Source: Tubulanus polymorphus (Eukaryota > Animalia > Nemertea). From it: a DNA stretch of 64,000 nt. Both the position numbers and the translations under genes were made by a program. The notes beneath the pieces are model-generated. The model worked only from the letters and a program-made list of their open reading frames with translations, was not told the origin of the DNA and made no database searches. Numbering within the stretch: the stretch's first letter is position 1; each line of letters opens with the position of its first letter. Shown piece by piece: positions 27,564 to 43,500 of this stretch. The DNA is taken from assembly GCF_964204645.1 (NCBI RefSeq), contig NC_134030.1:20730210-20794209 (forward strand), written 5' to 3'.

Positions 27564-30500
27564 ATGGATCGACTGAGAGCGCTGTTTATAGCGTCGCTGA
27601 TCGTCTGGCGAGTTAACATCGCACACGCTGATCTGTCTGACTCTGTGACGGTCAGTTCGTCTTGTAACAACACTTGGTACCCCGTCGATTCTACGTCCGG
27701 TTATATCGTTTCACCGAATTATCCGTCGTTTACGCGCGGTGTTGAATGTCGTTGGTTCGTCAACAGCTCTTTACCGGGCACTTTCTACATCAAACTATAC
27801 TACGACATCGAGCCGTCGATATTCTGTAGTGATAACTATCTTCTCGTCGGTGAGTCCGATAACAGATTCTGCGGCGAAGGAAAACATGAAATCCGCCGTA
27901 ACGATTCGATCTCGTTGATGTTTAGAAGTAACGTCGATGGTGCGCGGGGTAGTCGGGTTTATGTCACATATCGTTTAGAACGAAACAATTTGAAATTGAT
28001 TCACAACTGTATGAAAGCTATGTACAGTATAAACAAATTACAAACATCGAGAGGATACAAATTCGTAATATCTTTAATGCGATGTAAATTGTATTTGGAA
28101 TGGATCGGGATCCCGGATGGTTTTGCTATGAATTTGACGTTTACACAAATAGATTTCAGGTTAAATCCTGGCGCTGATTCAGCGACAACTGTTCAAATGT
28201 ACGACGGATGGAACATCAGTGAACCTATAGCTGTTATACCAGAACAAACCGGACATCCACCTTCATCATTTTACACTAAAACTAACAAAGCCATTTTTAG
28301 TTTGCTACAAACCCAACGCATCAACTCACAATTATCAGTTCAGGTGTATAGAATATCTGATTGGAACGTCTCTAATCCGTTAATTCAAATCTCTAATAAC
28401 GAGTCGGGAGTGCTCATTCCTGATGACAACAGTTTACACGATCAAAACACTTACACTGCTGGTCTATCACAGTGCAGGTGTTACAGTACGTCGTCTTCAA
28501 CTGGACACGTGATTTCAGCACATCCGGTGACGTCATCGGTGTATATAAACTAGAAGGGTTACGCGTTGTAGGAACTGATATTTTACTCGGTTACAACTAC
28601 CTGGAATCGCTGAGTGTTAAATCTGACGGCTTTCTCGTCATACTGTGCGTTTTAATAAGACCAGGTGTTTTACAATCGGTTGTAAAAATTGATTTTGACG
28701 TGAAATCTATTTCTGTAGGAGACGTACAAGTCAACAAACCCAGGGTGAGTAAAAAATGAAAAGTAACTGAAATAGGAAATATCAATTTTCATTTAACATC
28801 AAATGATGATGTGAGTAAAAATTATTAGTTGAAATTAATTGAACCACTGACTGAAATGTAATAAATGTGAAACATGGAAATTTAAAATGCCAAAAATGAT
28901 TTTAAGATACTTTTTATTGCACGAATCAAAAATTTGACACGAAAAAAGGATGTCGCGGTGTTGAACATGGATATAAGATGTTGAGTGTTAGATTTGTTTC
29001 AACAAATATTCTATATTTCTAGAAAAAAATTCTTTTAATGATGATTTATTTTGTAGATACCTGGCTACAGTTACTATTTACCTTCTCGATTTCTGTTCCC
29101 GACGATAAAGAAGACAACATTTACGTATCGTATAAATACATTAGAATTTAAACGGAAAGTTGATATCTATGAGGATGGATTGAAACTAACAGTTTTATCA
29201 GAGACGTGCGAGAGAGCTGGATTTTATATATATGATGGTGGTAATTTTACAGCTAGACGCTATGGTCCGTATTGTCCTGGTCTGTGGTACGGTCGTCACG
29301 TCGTCAGTCTGATTACATCAGGAGGACCGGTTACTGTAGTAGCATACGCTTATAACTGGGACGATTGGGTCCCAGTAGTAGTAGTCAATCGAATCTATTT
29401 ATTAACAGGAGGAGGTTCTCTCAAGTTCAATCCTTCTGATTGTTACGGGTATTTTCTACTGGAAGCAGAAAATTCAATTAATATGACGTCAGACTGTCTG
29501 GTGATTACACCTGAAAACCGGCGCCTTCCATTAGAAAACATTTATATATTATCAGAATATGAATATCAAATTGACGCGTGTTTCCCAGCGCGATACTCCA
29601 GTAGAACATGTGACAGGCAAATGAGTTTATCAAATCAGTTTCTCAATAACAGTTTTGTATTGAACACTGTGAAATTGTTCTACAAATATCAATTCTGGAA
29701 TTATGGGTTAATAGTTAAACTACGTCGTAAATGTCAAGGAGGGAAAAAACCTTCACAATCTAAATTCGGTTCTTCATATTTCCCGGATAGGGATGAATGT
29801 GGAATCGTACAATCACCGAACTATCCGGGATCGGCGAGATTTACTTCGAAATCTTCTTATTACAACTTCGAAAATCCGAGAGAAAATAATCGAATTCAAT
29901 ATTACAGATTTATAATCAAGTTTATTCAGACGTTAACGTGCAGTGAAATAACTGGATCACGTGAAGATCCAGTTCTTTTCAAGCAACAAATGCGTGACCT
30001 TTACGATAATGGATTAGTTGTTTTAGGGAGCGAAGCCAAACATCAAACTAAATTATGTGGAACTATGGCTACAAGTGGAAATGTATTTTATAGTTTAAGG
30101 GACAATGAATTGTATTTTGAGATAAAAAACCTCGTTCCCACATTTCAAATACAATACAATTTAGAAAAGTCGTTACCAATAAAACAGTTTGATAAAATCG
30201 GCTGTAAATCAGGATTTCTAGATTCGGGAATTTCCTGCGTAAAATACATCAGAGATGAACGTCTGAATTGGGAGAACGCTGAAATGTACTGTCAACAGAA
30301 ATACGGAGGACATCTTCTCAGTATCAACTCACAAGATGAAATGATTTCTGTCAAAAGATTATTCGCCACGAAACTGCTTAGAAAGGGATATACACAGGAG
30401 GCGCTTATAATGATGATCGGGCTCAAATTCAAGGTAACTTCAACTTGACAAATGATTTAAAAAAATCAACATCAAATTTAAACTCGTGGAACTTCATGGT

Positions 30501-33500
30501 CTAAGTGAATAATTTGAAAATTCTCGAATTCTCTCTTTTCGGCCGAATTTTGAAAAAGATCAATTTGGCATCCAGACACTTAACACTCTTGCAAGTCAAA
30601 TATCTTCTAAATTAAACGCATTAACTTTAATCAATTGACTCTGAAAATTGTAAAGCCATTTTTGCTGTCGATGAATGAAAATGAATTGAATTTTAAACAG
30701 AATGATGGTTATTACACGTGGACTGATGGCAAACCATTGAGCTACACAGAGTGGTTTAAACCTGCTATGATAAACGAAACGATACCAGAAGTTATTCAAG
30801 GATTGATATCTCCTCTACGTAAACAACCAATAAATGACGTCAATATGCCGTGTACGGCGATGATACTGAATAATCCACGAGGATCAGCGAACTGGGTTCG
30901 ATTCCCGTGTCAAATCGAGGAGACTCGAACAACATTCATTTGTGAATCGGATAGAATTGACGTCGATTCAGAAGGCGTGGATAATTCGACACTTAAAAAT
31001 CAAAATACAACGAGTATCATAGAAATAACTGATACTCATAACGATATCGTATTTCAAACAGGAAACAAAACTTTTCTAAATTCCAATACAACCAATAACT
31101 CGACCTGTAAAAAAGACTGGCAAAATGTGGACGGAAAATGTTGCCAGACTCTCACGGATTGGAACAACAATCGAGCTTTGGATATTCGAAGCGCTACGAA
31201 AATGTGTCGTGACCTTCACGCTGAAATAGGTATTGTAACTTTCCATGTGGAAAATGAAATAAAAGCATTAATTGACGCGTTCAGTTTTAAACATCAATAT
31301 GGCGCTATACTGACTATGGATGCTAGGAAAATGTTTCATGTGATCGAACCAGTTTTGACACGGAATGAAATCACTTTTATCGAGTCGTTGAACTGGTCGA
31401 TAAAACCGTGGAATAATCAAACAAACAACGTTCATTCCGTGCTATGTTCCTATAATGTAACTGGTGAAGAGTTGGCTTCTATAAGCGGTTGTAAATCGTG
31501 GCAGTTTAAATGTAACGATCAACGATGTATCAGCGACCATCGCGTATGTGATACCAGAAACGACTGTCAACACGGTGAAGATGAACTCGATTGTTCGGGT
31601 TTAAACTTACTAAGTCAGTTCCGCTGTTCAGATGGACGAGTTATATCAATCAGTGGTTTTTGTGATTTTATAAGGGATTGTTTGGATGGTTCTGATGAGA
31701 ACTCGTGTTTACACCCACTGTGTTTGTCCCAACAATTCCGCTGTATTAGTGGTCAATGTGTCGATAGATCGTACCTATGTAATGGAATCGTTAACTGTAA
31801 GGACGGCTCCGACGAGCGGGAGTGTGGTCCGCAACATTGCAACGGGTTTCTATGTAACAACGGTGAGTGTATCAGTTCTCTATTGTATCGGGATGGTGTT
31901 GTAGATTGTAGCGGAAGCCTCGAAGAAGATGAACTTTTAACACCGAATGTGAATCCTACAGTTCACTGTAATAATGATAACTACTGCACGACTAATTTCA
32001 CAAATCTCTGTACAGAATCTGATGAACAAAGATGTTCTTTCGATTCTCCTCATTGTTATTCTAGACGTCATAGATGTATTTTAGAAAGGATGCCGATTGG
32101 TTACCCGGTATGTAGAAGGCTCGAACATATACAAGGTTGTACTGATTTCAAATGTCCAGCTGGTACTGTAAAATGTCCAGCATCTTACTGTATACCGATG
32201 GGACAGGTGTGCGATGGTCGATCAGATTGTCCTAATTCAGAAGACGAGCGAAACTGCGAGACTTTGTCATGTCCCGGCATGTTCAAATGTGGCCAGGAAA
32301 ACCGATGTATACCTCAATCTGAGGTTTGCGATGGTGTCACAAATTGTAAACATACCACTGATGACGAGTCTTACTGTGACGTCACGTGTCCTAAATACTG
32401 TAAATGTCAAGGTCATTTGATTGATTGCGATGATGCCGGTTTAGTAGAAATGACCGATCTTTTCTCGGCATCAACTCGAGTTCTGATATTATCAGAAAAC
32501 CGAGTTGTATTCAATGAGTCCACGTTTTCTTCTTACCTCTATCTACACCTTCTTAATATTTCACGTAACAATTTGTCTTATATTGTTCCTAATGCGTTCT
32601 CAAACCTGCGTAATCTACATACATTAGATCTTACATATAATCGCTTAATATCATTGTCCGCGAATACATTCGCCGGTTTGTATAGTGTGAAAATACTTCT
32701 GATGTTTGGAAATCCAGTAAGATATTTAGAAGAAGGCAGTTTTCAAGGTTTAAAGTCATTAAGCGACCTCGATCTTCACGGACTTTCCTTGTTGTTACTC
32801 GGTGGAAATGTGTTCCGTGGTTTATCCACTTTAGAGTCGCTAAATATCAGCAGTAACTTGATCAAACATATTTCGCCAAATGCGTTCGCCGGATTAACAA
32901 AACTAAGAAATCTGGATCTAACCAAAAATTCTGAAGTCATATCCGTAAAAAGAAACGTTTTTGACAGTCTTACATTATTGAGTTCTTTGGCTTCTGACGC
33001 GTACAAATTTTGTTGCATGGTTCCGAATGTTGACCGGTGTCTCCCTGAAGCCAACCAATTTTCATCTTGTTCCGACCTGATGGGTAACACTGTTCTTAGA
33101 GCAATCATTTGGGTGATCGCTTCATTCAGCTTTTTTGCGAACAGCATCGTCATTTTACTTCGCGTTCAAGCATTTCGTAATGCATCCTCTGAATCACGTA
33201 ATACATCCTCTGATATCCTCATCATTAATGTTGCCACCTGCGATTTTCTGATGTCGATTTATCTGTTTCTGATCGCAGGAGCCGATTACCTCTATAAAGG
33301 TGATTATTTCCTAAATTCTGAAAGTTGGACAGATAGTTCATTGTGTCGACTCGCTGGGATTATAGTGACTCTTTCTTGCGAGGGATCTTTGATTTTTCTC
33401 CTCATTCTTACCCGTCAGAGATACTCGAATATCGTCGATCCATTTTCTGCAAGCCCAATTATATCTTCGAATTCTGTATCCGGGATTTGTTGCATATGTT

Positions 33501-33994
33501 GGATCAATTTAAGCATCATTTCAATGCTACCGCTGTCGTCATCTTCTTATTTCGGAAGTAACTTTTACGGCACAACCGGTGTTTGTCTACCTATGAACTT
33601 ACTAACCATCAATGTCCACGCCTGGCAATATTCATTCGCTATATTTGCCGTGTTTAACTCGGTCGTACTTGCTACAATAATGATGACGTATGCACAGATG
33701 TATAGACTCGTATCTGGAAGCAGGTCCGGCTCGGGCAGAGCTGATCCTACCGAATTGATTCTGGCGCGTAGGAGTTTAGTGATAAATCTGTGTAATTTAT
33801 TTTGCTGGTTACCGATAATCATCGTCCAGTTTTGTGCTGTATTTCGAGTAGAAATACCGAACCAAGTGGCGGCTTGGTTGGCGGTACTTTTCCTACCGAT
33901 CAACTCGTCACTGAATCCACTTCTTTACACCATCCTCACTATCGATGTTAAATCTATTCGTGCTAGAAATAAACGGGTTTTCAGAACCCGCTGA
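27564..33994 (+). pseudogene. GRL101-like GPCR copy D; exons 27564-28744, 29057-30433, 30701-33994; 10-bp frameshifting deletion at 28440/28441
   Basis: Other copies read ttacacgTAATAACTCGatcaaaacac; this copy reads ttacacgatcaaaacac, which leads to a stop at 28551-28553. The remainder is intact. Confidence 0.85.
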
Positions 33995-35042
33995 AACATT
34001 CGTCAGTGGATATTAACCTTGTCGAACTCTAATCAGAATATGAAAATATTTCAGATGAAATCGATAAACATGAAGGAACTAATTGCGATGTAGTTCAATG
34101 CAGCGTTTAATCTTATTTCATGTAAATTGATTGTGAATCTATATTTGATTCACTTATGTTGTTTTGTTGCATGAATAAAAATCAATTCAACATTGAACAT
34201 TTCTCTGTCTATGTTATATTTCCATAGGTCAAATATTGAAATCTTTGGGAGGCACTTGACGTTTAAATGTTTCTTACTAACTTCTGGTTAGTAGAATACA
34301 ACATTAATTATTCCAACTATTTCACTTCATAATCGTTTATTCTATGCTCTAGTTCATCTTATTGGTGCTTTTATTTACTGGCAGTGAATTGATCCGCAGC
34401 TAAATTCTATCGTCAAAAAGATGACACGATTTATATACGAAGTTTGCAAAATAACTTTCTGAAATAAAAGTTAAGTAGATTGTTGAAAAAAAAGTTAAGT
34501 ACGGTAATTATCATATTTAAGAGTTCCTTTTTATTCTTTGGTTATCGGGTTTCTGTGTTCGTGGTCGGCTTTCTCACCAGGAACGACTGGAGTTTATAAT
34601 AGAGAAGAACGACAAGAGAGAAAGGGAGAGAATGGAGCATGACAATCGGCCACCGAAACTAAGACTAGACTGGTCACCGCAGCCAAACAGTAACCTCGTA
34701 ACCCGTTAGATATTCAAACTACCAGTTCTGCAGTCGATCGATTGATTAGCGCATAATGCTAACTCCTGGTGGTCCCGGGTTCGAGACCTCATTATGGGTT
34801 AATTCAATCATTTAAGCGGTTATTTCCCTCCTTTTTGGAAGCTCCTCTTGCGAAAAAAAGAACGAGAATAAAGCTGAAAATCATTGGCAATTGAAGGATT
34901 AAATGACAGATGGTGTTGTCATTGAATAGTGTATTTGGTAATCACTCTCTACATCTCTACTTTTATCAATAATTCCCGATGACTGTTATACCGGTCATAA
35001 GAAAAGACATAAGGTGGAATTGCGACTTTAATTCGGGATACT

Positions 35043-35543
35043 CTAGCCTTTATAGCTCTCCTCGTAGGGTGTATAATCATAGCTCTCCTCGTAGGGTGTA
35101 TAATCATAGCTCTCCCCATAGCCGTCATCATAGCTCTCCTCGTAGGGTTTATAATCATAGCGCTCCCCATAGCCATCATCATAGCTCTCCTCGTAGGGTT
35201 TATAATCATAGCTCTCCTCGTAGGGTTTATAATCATAGCTCTTCCCGTAGCCGTCATCATAGCTCTCCTCGTAGGGTGTATAATCATAGCGATAATCACT
35301 GTAATATCCTGTAAGGAAAATCCGCTCTTAATAAACGTAAAATTTAAGAGAATGAAATGGTTTCCTGGCTTTTAAACATTACTCTTGATTAATCACAATG
35401 AATCCGACTAATATGCGTGTCGCACACAGTTCGATCTTCTAGGCTCACCTTCGAGGGATTGAGAGTCTTTAAACGCGATACTTACCTGGAGCGGCGGCAG
35501 CCATGGCCACAAGGGCCATCACGACAAGGAAAACTAACTTCAT
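35043..35543 (-). CDS. S4: secreted acidic Tyr-rich repeat protein, 107 aa; exons 35543-35486, 35308-35043
   Basis: As S2; open frame to YKG*. Confidence 0.85.
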
Positions 35544-37503
35544 CCTGTAGACAACAAGAAACATATTCCTTACACATTTCCATTACATTTAGGCGTACAC
35601 AACTAACGAATCGTACTAGCGACAAGAAACGTACGTAAGACGACAGCGGCGGATCCAGGATTTCAGGGAGGGGTGCACAAATTAGGCAGAAGGTCTGGGC
35701 GTCCTCCCCTAGAAATTTTTCAAAACAAATGCGCTGAGACGCGTTCTAGACACGATTATAATACCACAAATTGAATAGCGATTGTACCCTAATTTCACTT
35801 CATCATTTGTGGATAACAAATCCCTAAATAGCGAGAACTTTAGGAGGGGTGCACGCGTATCCTGTGCACCCCTGGACACGCCGCTAAATAAGAAACAACT
35901 CACGCGAATTCGATCGGGTTTTCTGTACCCTGAATTTCGTTTTAATTGAAAATAGATTTCAGATGTAACAGTACAGGATTCCACAATGACCAACACGTAC
36001 CTGATACTAACAGGGCGGCACTTTTCCGAGATAAGACGCTGAACGGTTTTCGTGTTTGGTTTTATACGCGTTTTGCGGGATATGAATCATTTCCACAGGT
36101 GAAGTTTATTTCTTATTTTCAAGTATTGTATAATACATCTTTTTACGTTGAATTCGGTCATAAATCTGTATTGTATCACTTGCAACTGTCCTCTACCCGT
36201 AATCTATGTATGAATCGGCTAGACGATGACATAGTTCGAAGTCGCAAATTTGCATTCAATAAATATAACATTCAAATCCACGTTAGTGCTTTAGTAAGCG
36301 TTAAAGCTAGATTATAGTGAAACGCATTGATCTTCATTACTAATGCATCCTCGCTTGCCAACCTCACTCGCAAACCATTCATCGGTCTATTGATGCCCCC
36401 AAAACATTGTGGGCGGCAACATGTCCGCCCAGGAATTTTTGGCGTTACAGGAAAACTTGCGGCACAAAAGTTCAAGTTCATTCATTTCATAGAAGAGAAC
36501 ATACTATGTACATATATGCTACAATGTTTACAATTAGGCCTAGGGGATTGCCTGTATACAATCACTGAAGCAAATTTCACGAATAAACTATATACAGGCC
36601 TAAACATCGTCACCCGTCAAGGGATTCGAACCCACTACGCTAAAGCTGATCCCCGAACCCTATAGACCTCACGAGTCGTTGGAGTCGTTACTAGCCGACC
36701 AGAATCCGGTCGTACCAATCACAGCGCTTGTAACAAACAACATGAGGCTTCTGTTGGTTTTTCCGTTCCGTTTTTCCGTTCCACTCAGACGCGAGGAATG
36801 AGTAACACCAACTATTCTAAGAGGTTAGATCGAAATTTAGTGATCGAACCAAAATTCAAGAAAAACAAAACGTTTCGGGCGCGCTGAATATATTAGATCA
36901 GTTCTTACGCGATTCGTAAAGAAACGTCGTGATTACATCCTGAGACACAGTCACGTTCCGCCTCACAGAGATTCGAACCTGATGACATCGAGAGACTTTG
37001 CTGCATTCCGCCCTCGCAGGAATTCGAACCTGATGACATCGAGAGCTCTGCGAGGTTCCTCCCTCACAGGGATTCGATAGTGTTTCCATTGTGAAGTTCC
37101 ACAGTTGTGTGGGTTTGATCTGACGCTTGACCCAGTTCCACAGTTGTGTTCAATTATTTCGATATTCAAATAGTAATGAATTATGTTCTATTTCCATCAT
37201 AAACATTTCTACTGAACTGAACGCGTTATGTAAATATTCAGCAGTTGAAAATGAAAATTTATCGCAGTGAAATCGACGTGTAGATGTTTTACAAACGTCG
37301 GTAATTACTGGAAAATCGACTCGGACGAATAAAAATTTTAACCGCACGAAAAATCCAAACATTTCAGAAATAATTGCAGCAGCAACGAAAAATATCTATT
37401 TCAAAGAATTCGCTGCGAATTTTCTGATTGGACGAACTGTAATTTGTGTCGATTTCGTAAAGCTATGCAGGTTTTGATTATTCAGTAGAGATTGATGTTC
37501 GGT

Positions 37504-40500
37504 ATGGATCGACTGAGTGCGCTGTTTATAGCGTCGCTGATCGTCTGGCGAGTTAACATCGCACACGCTGATCTGTCTGACTCTGTGACGGTCAGTTCGT
37601 CTTGTAACAACACTTGGTACCCCGTCGATTCTACGTCCGGTTACATCGTTTCACCGAATTACCCGTCGTTAACGCGCGGTGTTGAATGTCGTTGGTTCGT
37701 CAACAGCTCTTTACCGGGAACTTTCAACATCAAACTATACTACGACATCGAGCCGTCGATATTCTGTAGTGATAACTACCTTCTCGTCGGTGCGGCCGAA
37801 AACAGATTCTGCGGTGAAGGAAAACATGAAATCCGCCGTAACGATTCGATCTCGTTGATGTTTAGAAGTAACGTCGATGGTGCGCGGGGTAGTCGGGTTT
37901 ATATCATATATCGTTATGGACGAAACAATTTGAAGTTAATTCATAACTGCATAAAAAACACACCAAAAATAAACATATTACAAATTTCGACAGGATACAA
38001 ATTCGCAATATCTTTAAATCGATGTATATTATATTTGGAATGGATCGGGATCCCGGATGGTTTCGCTATGAATTTGACGTTTACACAAATACATTTCAGA
38101 TTATCTCCTCGCACTCGTTCAGTGACAACTGTTCAAATTTACGACGGATGGAACATCACCGGTGAACTTATAGCTGTTATACCAGAACAAACCGGACATC
38201 CACCATCATCATTTTATACTAAAACTTACAAAGCCATTATTGATACACATCTATTGTCCTTTAAATCACAACTATCAGTTCAGGTGTATAGAATATCTGA
38301 TTGGAACGTCTCTAATCCGTTAATTCAAATCTCTAATAACGAGTCTGGAGTGCTCATTCCTGATGACAACAGTTTACACGTAATAACTCGATCAAAACAC
38401 TTACACTGCTGGTCTATCACAGTGCAGGTGTTACAGTACGTCGTCTTTAACTGGACACGTGATCTCGGCGCATCCGGTGACGTCATTGGTGTATATAAAC
38501 TAGAAGGGTTACGCGTTGTAGGAACTGATATTTTACTCGGTTTCAACTACCTGGAATCACTGAGTGTTAAATCTGACGGCTTTCTCGTCATACTGTGCGT
38601 TTTATTAAGACCAGGTGTTTTACAATCGAATGTAAAAATTGATTTTGACGTGAAATCTATTTCTGTAGGAGACGTACTAGTCAACAAACCCAGGGTGAGT
38701 AAAAAATGAAACGTAATTGAAATAGCAAATATCAATTTTAATTTAGCATCAAATGATGATGTGAGTAAAAATTATTAGATGAAATTAATTGAACCACAGA
38801 CTGAAATGGAATAAGAAATGTGAAACATGGAAATTTTAAATGCCAAAAATTATTTCAAAAATACTTTTTATTGCAAAATTAAAAATTTGACAAGAAAAAC
38901 ATGGATGTTACGGTTTTGAATATGAATATAAGATGTTGAGTGAAAGATTTATTTCAACAACATATTCTTTATTTCTAGAAAAAGTTCTAATGATGATTTA
39001 TTTTGTAGATACCTGGCTACAGTTACAGTTTACCTTCTCGATTTCTGTTCCCGACGACAAAGAAGACTATATTATCGTATCGTATAAATACATTAGAATT
39101 TAAACGGAAAGTTGATATCTATGAGTATAGATTGAGACTAACAGTTTTATCAGAGACGTGCGAGAGAGCTGGATTTTATATATATGATGGTGGTAGTTTT
39201 ACAGCTAGACGCTATGGTCCGTATTGTCCTGGTTATAAATACGGTCGTAACGTCGTCAGTCTGATTACATCAGGAGGACCGATTACTGTAGTAGGATACG
39301 CTTATGACTGGGACGATTGGGTCCCAGTAGTAGGAGTCACTCGAATAGAATCATTAACAGGAGGAGGTTATCTCAGATTCAATCCTTCAGATTGTGACGG
39401 GTATGTTCTACAGGAAGGAGAAAATTTAATTAATATGACGTCAGACTGTCTGGTGATTACACCTGAAAACCGGCGCCTTCCTTTAGAAAACATTTATATA
39501 TTATCAGAATATGAATATCAAATTGACGCATGTTTTGTGCGATACTCGAGTGTAACATGTGACATGGAAATGAGTTTATCAAATCAGTTTCTCAATAACA
39601 GTTTCGTATTAAACACTTTGAAATTGTTCTACAAATATCAATTCTGGAATTATGATTCAATAGTTAAACTACGTCGTAAATGTCAAGGAGCGAAAAAACC
39701 TACACAATTTCTCAGTTCTTCATATTTCCCGGATAGGGATGAATGTGGAATCTTACAATCACCGAACTATCCGGGATCGGCGGGATATGCATTGAAATCT
39801 TCTTATTATAACTTCGAAAATCCGAGAGAAAATAATGAATTTCAATATTACAGATTCATAATCAGATTTATTCAGACTTTAACGTGCAGTGAAATAACTG
39901 GATCAGATGAATATCCAGTTTTTTTCAAGCAACAGATACATGACCTTTACGATAATGGATTAGTTGTTTTAGGGAGCAACACCCAACATCAAACTAAAAT
40001 ATGTGGAACTATGGCTAAACGTGGAAGTGTATTTTTTAGTTTAAGAGACAATGATTTGTATTTTGAGATAAAAAATCGCGTTCCCACATTTCAAATACAA
40101 TACAATTTAGAAAATTTGTTACCAATAAAACAGTTTGATGAAATCGGCTGTAAATCAGGATTTCTAGATTCGGGAGTATCCTGCATCAAATACATCAGAG
40201 ATGAACGTATGAATTGGGAGAACGCTGAAATGTATTGTCAACAGAAATACGGAGGACATCTTCTCAGTATCAACTCACAAGATGAAATGAATTCTGTCAA
40301 AAGATTATTCGCCACGAAACTGCTTAGAAAGGGATATACCCAGGAGGCGCTTATAATGATGATCGGGCTCAAATTCAAGGTAACTTCCACTCGACAAATG
40401 ATTGAGAAAAATTTGAACCCTAAGAGATTCCAAATTGATGTGTCATTTTATGGCATTAAAATATTTAATTATATATCACTTCTATATAGGACTTATGATA

Positions 40501-43500
40501 ATTTTCAAGGTAACGGTGAAAAATTTAAAAATTCAAGAGTTCTTTCTTTTCGGCCGAATATTGAAAAAGATCAATTTGGTATCCAGACACTTAACACTCT
40601 TACAAGTCAAATATCTTTTAAATTATACGGAATAACTTCAATAAATTAATTATGAAAATGGAAAATGCATTTTTACAGTCGATGAATGAATATGAATTAA
40701 ATTTTAAACAGAATGATGGTTATTACACGTGGACTGATGGCAAACCGTTGAGCTACACAGAGTGGTTTAAACCTACTATAGTAAACGAAACGATACCAGA
40801 AGTTATTCAAGGATTGATATCTCCTCTACGAAAACAACCGATAAATGACGTCAATATGGCATGTACGGCGATGATACTGAATAATCCACGAGGATCAGCG
40901 AACTGGGTTCGATTCCCGTGTCAAATAGAGGAGACTCGAACAACTTTCATTTGTGAATCGGATAGAATTGACGTCGATTCAGAACGCGTGGATAATTCGA
41001 CACTTAAAAATCAAAATACAACCAGCATCATAGAAATAACTGATACTCATAACGATATCGTATTTCTAACAGGAAACAAAAATGATCTAAATTCCAATAC
41101 ATATAACTCGACTTGTAAAAAAGGCTGGCAAAATGTAGACGGCAAATGTTGCCAGATTCTCACCGATTGGAACAGCAATCGAGGTTTGAATATTCGAAGT
41201 GCTACGCAATTGTGTCGTGACCTTCACGCTGAGATAGGTATTGTAACTTTCCACGTGGAAAATGATATAAAAGCATTAATTGACGAGTTTAGTTTTAAAC
41301 ATCAATATGGCGCTGTGCTGACTATGGGTGCGAGGAAATTGTTTCATGTGATCGAACCAGTTTTGACACGGGATGAAATCACTTTTATCGAGTCGTTGAA
41401 CTGGTCGATAAAACCATGGAATAATCAGACAAACAACGTTCATTCCGTGCTATGTTCCTATAATGTAACTGGTGAAGAGTTGGCTTCTATAAGCGGTTGT
41501 AAATCGTGGCAGTTTAAATGTAACGATCAACGATGTATCAGCGACCATCGCGTATGTGATACCAGAAACGACTGTCAACACGGTGAAGATGAACTCGATT
41601 GTTCGGGTTCAAACTTACTAAGTCAGTTCCACTGTTCAGATGGACGAGTTATATCAATAAGTGGTTTTTGTGATTTTATTAGGGATTGTTTGGATGGTTC
41701 TGATGAGAACTCGTGTTTACATCCCCAGTGTTTGCTCCAACAATTCCGCTGTACTAGTGGTCAATGTGTCGATAGATCGTACCGATGTGATGGAATCGTT
41801 AACTGTAAGGACGGCTCCGACGAGCGGGAGTGTGGTTCGCAACTTTGCAACGGGTTTCTGTGTAACAACGGTGAATGTATCAGTTCCCTATTGTATCGGG
41901 ATGGTGTTGTAGATTGTAGCGGAAGCCTCGAAGAAGATGAACTTTTAACATCGAATGTTACAGTGAATCCTACAGTTCACTGTAATAATGATAACTACTG
42001 CACGACTAATTTCACAAATCTCTGTACAGAATCTGATGAACAAAGATGTTCTTTCGATTCTCCTCATTGTTATTCTAGACGTCATAGATGTATTTTAGAA
42101 AGGATGCCGATTGGTTACCCGGTATGTAGAAGGCTCGAACATATACGAGGTTGTACTGATTTCAAATGTCCAGCTGGTGCTGCAAAATGTCCGGCATCTT
42201 ACTGTATACCGATGGGACAGGTGTGCGATGGTCGATCCGATTGTCCTAATTCAGAAGACGAGCGAAACTGCGAGACTTTGTCATGTCCGGGAATGTTCAA
42301 ATGTGGCCGGGAAAACCGATGTATACCTCAATCTGAAGTTTGCGATGGTGTCACAAATTGTAAACATAACACTGATGACGAGTCTTACTGTGACACCACG
42401 TGTCCTAAGTACTGTAAATGTCAAGGTCATTTAATTGATTGCAACGATGCTGGTTTAGTAGAAATTACTGATCTTTTCTCGGCATCAACTCGAGTTCTGA
42501 TTTTATCAGAAAACCGAGTTGTATTCAATGAGTCCACGTTTTCTTCTTACCTCTATCTACATCTCCTCAATATTTCGCGTAACAATTTGTCTTATATTGT
42601 TCCAAACTCGTTCTTAAACCTGCGTAATCTACATACATTAGATCTTACATATAACCGCATAATATCATTGTCCGCGAATACATTCGCCGGTTTGTATAGT
42701 GTGAAAATACTTCTGATGTTTGGAAATCCAGTAAGATATTTAGAAGAAGGCAGTTTTCAAGGTTTAAAGTCATTAAGCGATCTCGATCTTCACGGACTTT
42801 CCTTGTCGTTACTCGGTGGAAATGTGTTCAGTGGTTTATCAGCTTTAGAGTCGTTAAATATCAGCAGTAACGTGATCAAATATATTTCACCAAATGCGTT
42901 CGCCGGATTAACAAAACTAAGAAATCTGGATCTAACCAAAAATTCTAAAGTCATATCCGTACAAAGAAACGTTTTAGACAGTCTTACATTATTGAGTTCT
43001 TTGGCTTCTGACGCGTACAAATTTTGTTGCATGGTTCCGAATGTTGACCAGTGTCTCCCGGAAGCCGACCAATTTTCATCTTGTTCCGACCTGATGGGTA
43101 ACACTGTTCTTAGAGCAATCATTTGGGCGATCGCTTCATTCAGCTTTTTTGCAAACATCACCGTAATTTTACTTCGCGTTCAAGCGTTACGCATTTCATC
43201 CTCTGAATCACGTAACACATCCTCCGATATCCTCATCATTAATATTGCCTCCTGTGATTTTCTGATGTCGATTTATCTGTTTCTGATCGCAGGAGCCGAT
43301 TACGTCTATAAAGGTGTTTATTTCCTAAATTCTGAAAGTTGGACAGATAGTTCATTGTGTCGACTCGCTGGGATTATAGTGACTCTTTCTTGCGAGGGAT
43401 CTTTGATTTTTCTCCTCATTCTAACCCGTCAGAGATACTCAAATATCGTCGATCCATTTTCTGCAAGCCCAATTATATCTTCGAATTCTGTATCCGGGAT

